NCBI GenBank assembly: GCA_965222375.1
Contig: CBDCTZ010000011.1
Coordinates: 448,001 to 512,000, forward strand
DNA length: 64,000 nt
Source: Polyangiaceae bacterium
GTDB lineage: Bacteria > Myxococcota_A > Polyangia > Polyangiales > Polyangiaceae
Reading direction: 5' to 3'
A program made the position numbers and the translations under genes. This document shows, one piece after another, positions 39,181 to 47,643 of the stretch. Within the stretch, counting starts at the first letter, position 1; every line of letters begins with the position of its first letter. A model generated the notes under the pieces. The model saw only the letters and a program-made list of their open reading frames with translations, made no database searches and was not told the DNA's origin.

Positions 39181-39993
39181 ATGAAATCATTTACGATTGG
39201 CGCGGTCGCGTACGATCCGAAAGTCGTCACCATTTGGGAGGGCATCCGCGAGTACCTACGGGACGAGGCCGCGCTGCCCGCGGAGGTTGTGCTGTTTTTG
39301 TCCTACGGCGCCCAGGTCGAGGCGCTCTTGGCGGGGAGAATCGATATTGGGTGGAACACCAACCTCGCGTTGGTACAGGCTGAGCACAAGAGCGGTGGGC
39401 GCTGCACTTCCATCGCCATGCGTGACACGGACGTCGCGTGGCACTCCCTGCTGATCACGCCCACTGGCGGTTCGGTCCGCGGCCTGGACGACCTACGCGG
39501 CAAGCGCCTGGCGCTCGGCAGCCGGGACAGCGGGCACGCCGCGATACTGCCCGTGCACTTTCTGGCGCAGGCTGGACTGCAAGAGGGCAAAGACTACGAG
39601 AGCGTGCGCTTCGACACGGACATCGGCAAACACGGCGACACGGGCACGAGCGAGGTAGACGTGCTGCGTGCAGTGTTGAACGGAGAGGCGGACGCGGGCG
39701 CCGTCGGTTCGCCTTTTTGGAAAGGCTTGAACGACGAGTCCATCGCGCCCAAGGGTGCGCTGACCGTGATCTGGGAATCTGCCCCCTTCCACCACTGCAT
39801 GTTCAACGGCTCTCCAGAGCTCGACTCGGCCGTGTCCAAGGCCTTCGCAGACGCTTTGTTCGCGATGAGTTTCGACAATCCCAAGCACCGTCCAATCCTG
39901 GAAATGGAAGGTCTGAAGAAGTGGGTGCAGCCCAGCAGCGAAGGCTATGACTCCCTGCGGGCAGCTTGTCGTGAACAAGGGCTGATCAGCTGA
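39181..39993 (+). CDS. PhnD-like solute-binding-fold protein without a signal peptide (Rv1680-like)
   Basis: IGAVAYDPKVVTIWEG, Y..QVEAL..G.IDIGWN, DLRGK.LALGS.DS and GKHGD motifs. GAGAGG RBS and no hydrophobic N-terminus. Confidence 0.85.
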   Translation: MKSFTIGAVAYDPKVVTIWEGIREYLRDEAALPAEVVLFLSYGAQVEALLAGRIDIGWNTNLALVQAEHKSGGRCTSIAMRDTDVAWHSLLITPTGGSVRGLDDLRGKRLALGSRDSGHAAILPVHFLAQAGLQEGKDYESVRFDTDIGKHGDTGTSEVDVLRAVLNGEADAGAVGSPFWKGLNDESIAPKGALTVIWESAPFHHCMFNGSPELDSAVSKAFADALFAMSFDNPKHRPILEMEGLKKWVQPSSEGYDSLRAACREQGLIS

Positions 39994-40012
39994 ATCTTCC
40001 GGGAGTGCATTC

Positions 40013-41128
40013 GTGAAGGCTCTGGTCACCGGAGGCGCCGGCTTCATCGGCTCGCACCTCGTCGACGCCCTCCTGCTCCAGGGTCATTCCGTCCGCATCT
40101 TGGACAACCTCGAGCCACAGGCTCACCCGCAGGGCGCACCCCTCTACGTTTGCCCGGAGGCAGAGCTGCTGGAAGGAGATCTGCGGGACGCGGATGTCGT
40201 CGCGCGCGCCTTGGAAGACGTGAGCGTCGTGTATCACCTGGGCGGCATGGTGGGGAACGGCCAGTCGATGCACGACCTGCGCCTGTACGTGGACGTCAAC
40301 AGCGTCGGGACCTCTGTGCTTCTCGAGGCGCTGGTGGCACGCCGCGAACACCTCCAAAAGCTCGTCGTCGCTTCGTCCATGGTCGTGTATGGCGACGGCG
40401 CCTACGCGTGCTCGCGTCATGGCCGCGACACGCGGGCAATTCGCAGTGAAGAGCGGCTGAAGCGATCCCAGTGGGAACCGATCTGTGAGCAGTGCGGTTT
40501 GGAGGTGGACCCTGTCGCTATCGACGAGAAGCGCCCCTTGGCCCCCAGCAGCGTGTACGGCATCACCAAGCGGGATCAGGAGGAGCTCTGCCTCGTCACC
40601 GGGAGGACGTTTCAGATCCCCACGGTCGCGCTTCGGTACTTGTGCGTCTACGGTTCCCGCCAGGCCCTGGGCAATCCCTACACGGGAGTCGCGGCCATTT
40701 GGGCAAGCCGACTCTTGAACGGACGCGCGCCCGTCGTATTTGAAGACGGCCTGCAGCTTCGGGACTTCGTGCACGTCAGTGACGTTGTTGCCGCAACCAT
40801 CGCCGCTGCGGAGGCCGGCCCGGCAGCCAACTACCGTGCCTACAACGTAGGGTCCGGTCAGCGCAGCACGATCGCGGAAGTCGCGCGCACCTTGACGCAG
40901 GCCATCGACCCCACCCTCAGCCCGCGGCTCTCGGGCGAGCACCGGGTCGGCGACATTCGGCACTGTTTCGCCGGCATCGAGGCGGCGCGCTCGGATCTCG
41001 GATTCGAGCCCAAGATGCAGCTGGAACAAGGCCTGTCCGAATTCCTGGAGTGGGCCACAGGACAGCGCCCCATGGATCGTTCGGAAATCGCCCTGAGTGA
41101 GTTGAGAGAGCGTGGAGTGATTCGCTGA
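40013..41128 (+). CDS. NAD-dependent nucleotide-sugar epimerase/dehydratase (extended SDR) with a Cys/His insert
   Basis: VTGGAGFIGS, ASSMVVYG, YGITK (YxxxK), RDFVHV and RVGDIRH motifs, plus a CSRH...CEQC insertion. Confidence 0.92.
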   Translation: MKALVTGGAGFIGSHLVDALLLQGHSVRILDNLEPQAHPQGAPLYVCPEAELLEGDLRDADVVARALEDVSVVYHLGGMVGNGQSMHDLRLYVDVNSVGTSVLLEALVARREHLQKLVVASSMVVYGDGAYACSRHGRDTRAIRSEERLKRSQWEPICEQCGLEVDPVAIDEKRPLAPSSVYGITKRDQEELCLVTGRTFQIPTVALRYLCVYGSRQALGNPYTGVAAIWASRLLNGRAPVVFEDGLQLRDFVHVSDVVAATIAAAEAGPAANYRAYNVGSGQRSTIAEVARTLTQAIDPTLSPRLSGEHRVGDIRHCFAGIEAARSDLGFEPKMQLEQGLSEFLEWATGQRPMDRSEIALSELRERGVIR

Positions 41129-41129
41129 T

Positions 41130-42161
41130 ATGGCTACACCGGAAGTAGCGCTCGACCTGGGACTCATCGAACGGGACTTCGCCAATGGACTGCTCTTGGA
41201 GCTCCAGGCCGCACTGCGCGCCACGCCCAAGGGGAGTCTCTTCGCCTTCACTTCGCCCCGGTCAAGCATGCGCGACGAGCTCGATCGCTGGTCCCGACTG
41301 ACCGAGAACTCGATTATCCTGCTCTCTGAGGTTCCCGGCGGTACACGATTCGTGGTGCGGAATGGGCCCGCGCCCAAGGAAGACTCCGTGCCCATCGGGC
41401 AGCGGGTCTGGCTCTACACGAACTTCAATTGCAACCTAGCCTGCGACTACTGCTGCGTGCGGTCCTCCCCCAAAGCGGCGCGCCGTGAACTAGGCCTGGA
41501 CGTGATTCGTGAGATTGCCGCCCAAGCGCCTGCCTTGGGTGTGCGAGAGCTGATGGTCACAGGGGGCGAACCGTTGCTACTCCCGGAGATCGCAGACATC
41601 CTCAGGGTCTGCGGCGAGGCGACGCCCACCACGGTGTTGACCAACGGGGTCCTGCTTCACGGCAAGCGCCTGCGCGAAATCGAGACGTTGGATCGCACGC
41701 GAATCGTGTTCCAGATCAGTTTGGACAGCGCAGACGCCGGCGCGCACGATGCGCATCGGGGGGACGGGAGTTGGCAACTGGCGATACGTGGCATCGAAGC
41801 GGCACGCCGCGCAGGCTTTCGTGTGCGACTCGCCGCGACCGTGGCGAGCGACGCAGAAGCCCGCGCGTTTCACGCGTTCCTCGATGAACAAGGGGTCGCG
41901 AGCGAGGACAGGGTCTTGCGGCCCATCGCCCAGCGAGGTGTTGCGGAACAAGGGGTAGCCATCGCAAGAACCGATCTTGCACCGGAGGTGACCATCACGA
42001 GCGACGGTGTGTACTGGCATCCGGTAGGCGCGGACGACCGTGATCTGTTCGTATGCGAGACCACCCTGCCACTGGAAAGGGCCTTCGCGGAAGTGCGTCG
42101 CGCCTACGAACGCGAAAGCGCACTTCGAGATCGACTACTCACTATCTTCCACTGTGCATGA
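41130..42161 (+). CDS. Radical SAM protein with an N-terminal TusA-like domain (Rv1681/MoeX-like)
   Basis: WLYTNFNCNLACDYCC, TGGEP, LTNG, ISLD, HDAHRG.GSW, PEVTIT..GVYWHP and a C-terminal HCA. Confidence 0.88.
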   Translation: MATPEVALDLGLIERDFANGLLLELQAALRATPKGSLFAFTSPRSSMRDELDRWSRLTENSIILLSEVPGGTRFVVRNGPAPKEDSVPIGQRVWLYTNFNCNLACDYCCVRSSPKAARRELGLDVIREIAAQAPALGVRELMVTGGEPLLLPEIADILRVCGEATPTTVLTNGVLLHGKRLREIETLDRTRIVFQISLDSADAGAHDAHRGDGSWQLAIRGIEAARRAGFRVRLAATVASDAEARAFHAFLDEQGVASEDRVLRPIAQRGVAEQGVAIARTDLAPEVTITSDGVYWHPVGADDRDLFVCETTLPLERAFAEVRRAYERESALRDRLLTIFHCA

Positions 42162-42844
42162 TGATGAACCACGACGGTACCAGCTCGACGACGATCCACG
42201 ACAGGGTCGTTGGCGTGATGGCGCGCGCTCCATTGCCGGGTGCGTGCAAGACGCGGTTAGCGCAGAAGCTCGGAGACGACGCGGCCGCAGAACTGTATCA
42301 GGCAATGTTGATGGACACCTTGGCGGCCTACGAAGAGCTGCCGCTAGCGCGGCGAGTGCTCTTGGCGGCTCCGGAAAACGATGGGGAGCGACGCCTACGA
42401 GAGCTGGCACCCGCGTCTTGGCAGGTCCTGCCGCAACGAGGATGCGACCTCGGAAAGCGACTCGCCACAGCCCAAGCAGAGCTGCGCCCGGGCGCCGTGT
42501 TGTTGGTCAGCAGCGACTCGCCTGCCCCGCCCATCCCTGGAATACTCGAGGCTTTCGCGACTTGGCCGAGGGATGGACACGTGCTGCTAGGCCCTTGCAA
42601 CGACGGCGGCTACTACCTGATCGGATTGCCACGACCCGAGACGCGTCTCTTCAAGGGGATCTCATGGAGTACGCCGCGGGTAGTCGAGCAAACCCGTGCG
42701 CGATGCAGGGAAATCGGCGTGCCCCACCGTTTACTACCTCCTGCGGTCGACGTAGACGAGTTCACCGATGTGGCGCTCCTAGAGCAAGAGCTGGAGGGCT
42801 CGCCGAGTCTTGCTCCCAACACGCGAAGGTGGTTGACCCAGTGA
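42158..42844 (+). CDS. DUF2064/TIGR04282-like GT-A transferase
   Basis: MARAPLPGACKTRL, QRG.DLGKRL, SDSP, LGP.NDGGYYLIG, LF.GISWST and DVDE..D motifs. ATGA overlap with the upstream gene. Confidence 0.9.
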   Translation: MMMNHDGTSSTTIHDRVVGVMARAPLPGACKTRLAQKLGDDAAAELYQAMLMDTLAAYEELPLARRVLLAAPENDGERRLRELAPASWQVLPQRGCDLGKRLATAQAELRPGAVLLVSSDSPAPPIPGILEAFATWPRDGHVLLGPCNDGGYYLIGLPRPETRLFKGISWSTPRVVEQTRARCREIGVPHRLLPPAVDVDEFTDVALLEQELEGSPSLAPNTRRWLTQ

Positions 42845-43563
42845 TTGCCGCAGTCCTACCCGCGCTGGATGAGGAAGCCACCATTGCCTCGGTGGTTCGC
42901 GCGGTGAATCCTCACGTGGATGCGGTAATTGTCGTGGACAACGGTAGCCGTGATGCCACCGCCCTTCGCGCCATTGAGGCAGGTGCCGGCGTCGTACGTG
43001 AACCGCGTCGCGGCTATGGCCGCGCTTGCTTGAGAGGTGTGCAAGAAGCGCAGAAGCTCGGTGCTCGAGTCTTGGTCTTCCTCGATGCGGACGGTAGTGA
43101 CGATCCGAACGACATCCCGCGCTTGATCGCGCGGATTGGGGAAGGCCGCGCCGACTTTGTACTCGGCTGCCGCACGGCGGCCCGCATGGAGCCTGGCAGC
43201 ATGACCGCGCCGCAGCGCTTCGGTAATTGGCTGGCACCCCTGCTGATGCGTTGGTCCGCGGGTGCGCCGTACCACGACATGCCGCCGCTGAAGGCAATCT
43301 CCATGGCGCACTTCCACCTATTGGGCGTGCGTGACCCAGGGCACGGTTTCACCATCGAGCTCTTGATGAAGGCGCACGCGGCTGGCCTGCGCATCGAAGA
43401 GATCCCAGCCCGTGCACGCCGCCGAGCCGGCGGACGTTCCAAAGTGTCTGGGACCCTGGTGGGCACGATGCGAGCCTCGGCCAAGATCCTAGGCCTGGTT
43501 GCGCGATACGCGTTCGAGACACGATTCCAGCGACGCCGTACGTCGAGAAATGCTCATGCTTAG
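42841..43563 (+). CDS. GT2 glycosyltransferase (DPM-synthase-like)
   Basis: LPALDEE, VVDNGSRD, RRGYGRAC, FLDADGSD and GRSKVSGT motifs. GTGA overlap with the upstream gene. Confidence 0.92.
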   Translation: MIAAVLPALDEEATIASVVRAVNPHVDAVIVVDNGSRDATALRAIEAGAGVVREPRRGYGRACLRGVQEAQKLGARVLVFLDADGSDDPNDIPRLIARIGEGRADFVLGCRTAARMEPGSMTAPQRFGNWLAPLLMRWSAGAPYHDMPPLKAISMAHFHLLGVRDPGHGFTIELLMKAHAAGLRIEEIPARARRRAGGRSKVSGTLVGTMRASAKILGLVARYAFETRFQRRRTSRNAHA

Positions 43564-43588
43564 TCGATCCCAAACCCGCAGGAACCGA

Positions 43589-44914
43589 ATGTTCCACCTG
43601 CTCCTTCCTCTCGCTGTACTGATGGGCGCCTTGTGCTGGAGCGGTGACGCGCAGGCGTATCCATGGATGAACCGCCACTCCTATTTTGGCTGCGGCAACT
43701 GCCATACCGACCCAGGGGGCGGCGCGTTGCTCACCCCATACGGCCGCGCGCAAGCGGACCTATTGCTACGCATGCGCTACGGCGCTCCGGGTGGGGCAAG
43801 CACGACGACCGCCAGCACCACAGACGACTTCGACGACTTCGACGACTTCGACGATTTCAGCGAGTCGTCAGAAACGCCCGAAGCCGAACCGGCAAAGCCA
43901 CTCCCAGCGCCCGAGACTGTCGAGGACGAGGGGCCACCGGCGCCGCTCTGGGGTTTGCTGAAGACACCGGACTGGTTGCTGCTCGGAGGGGCCTACCGGC
44001 ACCTGACCTTGTACAAGCTCGGCGAGAGCGACAGCCTGAGAACCTTCCCGATGCAGATCGACGCGTACGGACAGGTCGAATTCGAGGGCATCTCCGCTGC
44101 GGGCACCGTCGGTCTGGCGAAGGTACCCGCTGGCTCACCTTTCGCCCGCAGAGCGCAAGTCACGGCAAACCAAGGCGACGAGTTGAACGTCATCTCCCGC
44201 ACCCACTGGCTCGGAATGCGACTGGACCCGTCCCTCCGTGTGCGCGTCGGTCGCCTGGACTTGCCCTTTGGCGTCCGCATACCAGAGCACATCATGTGGG
44301 TGCGCAGCGAGACGCGCACGGACCGTGAGTCTGCGCAACAACATGGGCTGGCGATCTCTTATGAAGGCGGCCCGCTGCGGGCGGAGCTCATGGGCATTTT
44401 CGGTAACTTCCAGCTGAGTCCGGACGAGCTGCGAGAGCGAGGCTACAGTGGTTATGCGGAGTACCGCGCGCACGATTCGATCTTCGTCGGTGCTAGCAGC
44501 CTCGTGACGCGCGCACAGGCTGATCTTCAAACGCTGGAGCCGCGCGTGACTCGCCAAGCGCACGGCCTATTCGCGCGCGCTCGCCTCATCAAGCCCCTCG
44601 TGATCTTGGCGGAGGGCAATGCTCTCCTGCGCTCACGCAGGGACGTGGGCTACGTCGGCTTCCTGCAGCTCGACTTCGAGCCGATTCAGGGGCTACACGT
44701 CGGCGCGACGGGTGAGGTCTTGGACCGCGGCTATCAGGACACCGGCGATCCATTCGACACCATCCGCAAAGAAGCGGGCTTCGGACGTCCGGCCTTCGGT
44801 GGCTGGCTCACCGTGGATTGGTTCTTCTTGCCGCAGCTCGAGGCCCGCATCGATGCCCTGATCCGTCAGGAAGAACCAGTAACCCTTCTTGCTCAACTAC
44901 ACGCATTCCTATGA
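43589..44914 (+). CDS. Outer-membrane beta-barrel with an N-terminal heme c motif
   Basis: Signal peptide ending AQA, YPWM.RH.Y..CGNCH.DP.GG..LTPYGR, then amphipathic beta-strands ending QLHAFL. Confidence 0.8.
   Translation: MFHLLLPLAVLMGALCWSGDAQAYPWMNRHSYFGCGNCHTDPGGGALLTPYGRAQADLLLRMRYGAPGGASTTTASTTDDFDDFDDFDDFSESSETPEAEPAKPLPAPETVEDEGPPAPLWGLLKTPDWLLLGGAYRHLTLYKLGESDSLRTFPMQIDAYGQVEFEGISAAGTVGLAKVPAGSPFARRAQVTANQGDELNVISRTHWLGMRLDPSLRVRVGRLDLPFGVRIPEHIMWVRSETRTDRESAQQHGLAISYEGGPLRAELMGIFGNFQLSPDELRERGYSGYAEYRAHDSIFVGASSLVTRAQADLQTLEPRVTRQAHGLFARARLIKPLVILAEGNALLRSRRDVGYVGFLQLDFEPIQGLHVGATGEVLDRGYQDTGDPFDTIRKEAGFGRPAFGGWLTVDWFFLPQLEARIDALIRQEEPVTLLAQLHAFL
43823..43858 (+). repeat. 9-bp tandem repeat (gacgacttc)x4 encoding DDF
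   Basis: gacgacttc x3 plus gacgatttc, in the linker after the heme motif. Confidence 0.9.
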
Positions 44915-45396
44915 ACACGCTCAAGACAAGCCTACTAAGCCTTGCATTCTCCGCCTGGGCGTCGAGCGCGGCCGCATCGCCAGACTACCCGGGTTTGCTG
45001 CAGGAGCAGCTGGACATGCCCTGCGTAACCCAGTGCACCGTTTGTCATCGTGATACGGGCGGCGGTCGCGGGACGGTGGTCACGTCCTTCGGCGTGGCGA
45101 TGATCGAGGAGGGACTCCGCGGCAATGACTCGACGACGATGGCGAAAGCCATCGCCGGCATGGACGCGGGCCAGTACGACAGCGACGGCGACGGCAACAG
45201 CGACTTGAACGAGTTGCGCGAAGGCAACAACCCGAACCAGTCCGGCGATGGCCTGCTCTGCGCCCAATATGGCTGTGGCGCGCACGTCGCGCCGGCGGGC
45301 GAGACTACGCCAACGGCGGGATTTATCTTGGGAGGTCTTCTCGGCCTGGCGGCCCTGCGCATGCGCAGCGTCCGAAGAAGGAGTCGAAGGTCATGA
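44911..45396 (+). CDS. Monoheme cytochrome c with a DxDxDG Ca-binding motif and a MYXO-CTERM-like anchor
   Basis: Signal peptide, CTVCH, DSDGDGNSDLNELREG and YGCG...GLLGLAALRMR..RRR. ATGA overlap. Confidence 0.8.
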   Translation: MNTLKTSLLSLAFSAWASSAAASPDYPGLLQEQLDMPCVTQCTVCHRDTGGGRGTVVTSFGVAMIEEGLRGNDSTTMAKAIAGMDAGQYDSDGDGNSDLNELREGNNPNQSGDGLLCAQYGCGAHVAPAGETTPTAGFILGGLLGLAALRMRSVRRRSRRS

Positions 45397-46085
45397 ACGC
45401 GAGCTGGAAAGGGGCGGCCGCAACGCTCGCCTTGGCCGCAGTGTCCTGCACCGCGACGCCAGAGGAAGCAGAGCTCCGCATCAAGGTGGTCAACGCGACG
45501 ACGCGCGCGCCTTTGCCCAATACGTTGATCTCCATCGAAAAAGGCGGGATCTACGTCAAGAACCCGGACACGTCCCGGGGCAGTCCGGCCTACGTTTACG
45601 GCGCGGTAACGGGCGCAGCGGGAACCGCGCGTTTGCAGATCCCGACCGACGACGTCGGCGTGCACACGTTCTTGGCAGGCTACTACTACGGCTCTCGATT
45701 GATCGAGTTCGACCAAGATCTGGGCATCACCGTGAGCATGGAGACTTTTCAAAACAACGAGACGCCACCTTCCGTGACCAATGCAAAGCTGGAGCCGGCT
45801 GTCGTTGCTCCGGGGGCATCCTTTACTCTGTCCGCGGACGTCAATCGTGGGGATGCGGACGATCCTTTGTCCGATGAAGTCGTGGTCGTGTTCGGGGAAG
45901 CACATTTCTCACGGGCGCTGGATCCTCCGTCCGCAGGCGTTCAGGGCAAGGGCTTTCCGGACGGCCTGTGGAAGACCACTTTGACGGCGCCAAACTCCCC
46001 GGGCACCTATACGTATCACCTGGCAGCCACCTCCGAGCACTGTGTCACTAGTGACCCCATCGCACTCACTCTGGACGTTCAGTAG
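45393..46085 (+). CDS. Hypothetical lipoprotein with Ig-like beta domains
   Basis: Lipobox AVSC, ATGA overlap and beta-rich sequence. Confidence 0.75.
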   Translation: MNASWKGAAATLALAAVSCTATPEEAELRIKVVNATTRAPLPNTLISIEKGGIYVKNPDTSRGSPAYVYGAVTGAAGTARLQIPTDDVGVHTFLAGYYYGSRLIEFDQDLGITVSMETFQNNETPPSVTNAKLEPAVVAPGASFTLSADVNRGDADDPLSDEVVVVFGEAHFSRALDPPSAGVQGKGFPDGLWKTTLTAPNSPGTYTYHLAATSEHCVTSDPIALTLDVQ

Positions 46086-46506
46086 CCTCGCGCTGGTCAC
46101 AGTCTCCACCCTCGCCGCAGGTTGCGGCGATTCCGAGGGCGCGGTGTGGCTGGACGACGACGGGCCACGCCCCGGCTGCATCGACGGCAAACGTGAAGAG
46201 CAGAGACACGGGACCGCGTGTCTCTGCTGTCACTCTGCGGAGTTTGGTGTGGCCGGCTCAGTGGACCGCGAGGGTCCGCCCGTCGTGCGCGTCGTGGTCT
46301 CCGACGGCCACGGCAACGTCGCAGATGCCGTTCCCAACGGCTTCGGAAATTTCTTCCGTCATTTGAAGCTCACGCCTCCCTTGCGCGCGACGGTGTACGG
46401 TGCGGACGGCCGCACTCTGACGATGCGGGCACCCGCAAGCTCCGGTGACTGCAACTCGTGTCACCGACGAGGCGGCGAGGCCGAGCCCATCCACGGCCCC
46501 CCGTGA
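46042..46506 (+). CDS. Diheme cytochrome c lipoprotein
   Basis: Lipobox LAAGC, with CLCCH and CNSCH motifs. Start uncertain. Confidence 0.75.
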   Translation: MSLVTPSHSLWTFSSLALVTVSTLAAGCGDSEGAVWLDDDGPRPGCIDGKREEQRHGTACLCCHSAEFGVAGSVDREGPPVVRVVVSDGHGNVADAVPNGFGNFFRHLKLTPPLRATVYGADGRTLTMRAPASSGDCNSCHRRGGEAEPIHGPP

Positions 46507-46993
46507 GCCGCTTGGTCACTCTGCACCTTGCTCGGAACTCGAAGCGGAAGAGAGAACTGGAACGGCCAGCAGGATGGGACCTTTGCGGGGATTTGTACGG
46601 GAACCGACGCGGGATGCTCGACTTCTTGCACGGTGCTGCGAGTTTGAATGTGTGGGAAGCAGCGACGGTTCCGGTCTCGAGGCCCGGCGGAAAATGTCGG
46701 TGCTCAATGTCGGCCGTGAACAACACCACATCAGGACGCTGGCGCAGCAGCTGGAGGACGCTACGGATCGCGTCAGGTTCAACCTAGGCGAGGGCGCCTA
46801 CTCCGACCCGATGGACCGGGTCTCATCGTGGCGGAGCTGCGGCGCAGCGAGAGTTGCGGGGTCAGAGGCCGAGGCAGAGCCGGCGGCAGTGGCCGCCATG
46901 GAATTTCGCGCTGCGGGCATCGGACACCTGAGAGTGTTTCAACCTGCGCTGCGCTTGACCGGGCGAAAGTCGGGCCGTAGTGTGGCTCACTCA

Positions 46994-47629
46994 ATGGCCT
47001 TCGAGCCCCAAGTCCCAGCGGGGCACTACAAGGGCCCAGCCTACGACAACAAAGAGCGCTTCCTCTCGTACTGGATGCAGGTCAATGAGGTAATGCGCGT
47101 CACGCCCGAGCGTGTGTTGGAGGTCGGCATCGGAAACGGATTCGTGCACAAGTACCTGCGCGAAAACGGAGTCGACATGCACACCTGTGACGCCGATGAT
47201 CGTTTGGAACCGGACACGGTCGGCCTCGTGACCGAGCTCCCCTTCGAGGACGGAGAGTTCGACGTCGCTTGTTGCTTTGAAACGCTGGAGCACTTGCCTT
47301 TCGAGCAGTTTCGCCCGGCGACGAGGGAGCTCGCGCGAGTAGCACGCCGCTGGGTCCTGCTCAGCCTTCCGGACGTCACGCCTTACGCTCGCATTCTCGT
47401 GGAGTGGGGCTTCCAGAAGAAGCGCGCGGACAGTTTCTTCGACCTGCGGGACCGGTCCCCAGCGGAACACCGCTTCGACGGACAGCACTACTGGGAGGTG
47501 GGCAAGCGCGGATATCCACTCTCCCGCATCGTTTCGGAACTCGAATCCGCCGGGCTGATCGTGGAAGACACGCCGCGTCTGCAGGAAGATGCTTGGCATC
47601 GTTTCTTTCGCTGCTGCGTGGCGCGCTGA
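46994..47629 (+). CDS. Class I SAM-dependent methyltransferase
   Basis: VLEVGIGNG, LPFEDGEFDV, ETLEHLP and HYWEVG motifs. Start MAFEP at 46994. Confidence 0.88.
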   Translation: MAFEPQVPAGHYKGPAYDNKERFLSYWMQVNEVMRVTPERVLEVGIGNGFVHKYLRENGVDMHTCDADDRLEPDTVGLVTELPFEDGEFDVACCFETLEHLPFEQFRPATRELARVARRWVLLSLPDVTPYARILVEWGFQKKRADSFFDLRDRSPAEHRFDGQHYWEVGKRGYPLSRIVSELESAGLIVEDTPRLQEDAWHRFFRCCVAR

Positions 47630-47643
47630 AGAGAACCAGTCAC

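Noticed and set aside
42159..42167. TGA TGA TGA after the radical SAM gene read as selenocysteine codons
   Set aside because: It is explained by the overlapping ATG ATG ATG start of the next gene, and I recognised no SECIS hairpin.
46510..46990. Possible gene or ncRNA between the diheme gene and the methyltransferase
   Set aside because: No frame shows a recognisable motif or RBS, and I could not identify an RNA structure.
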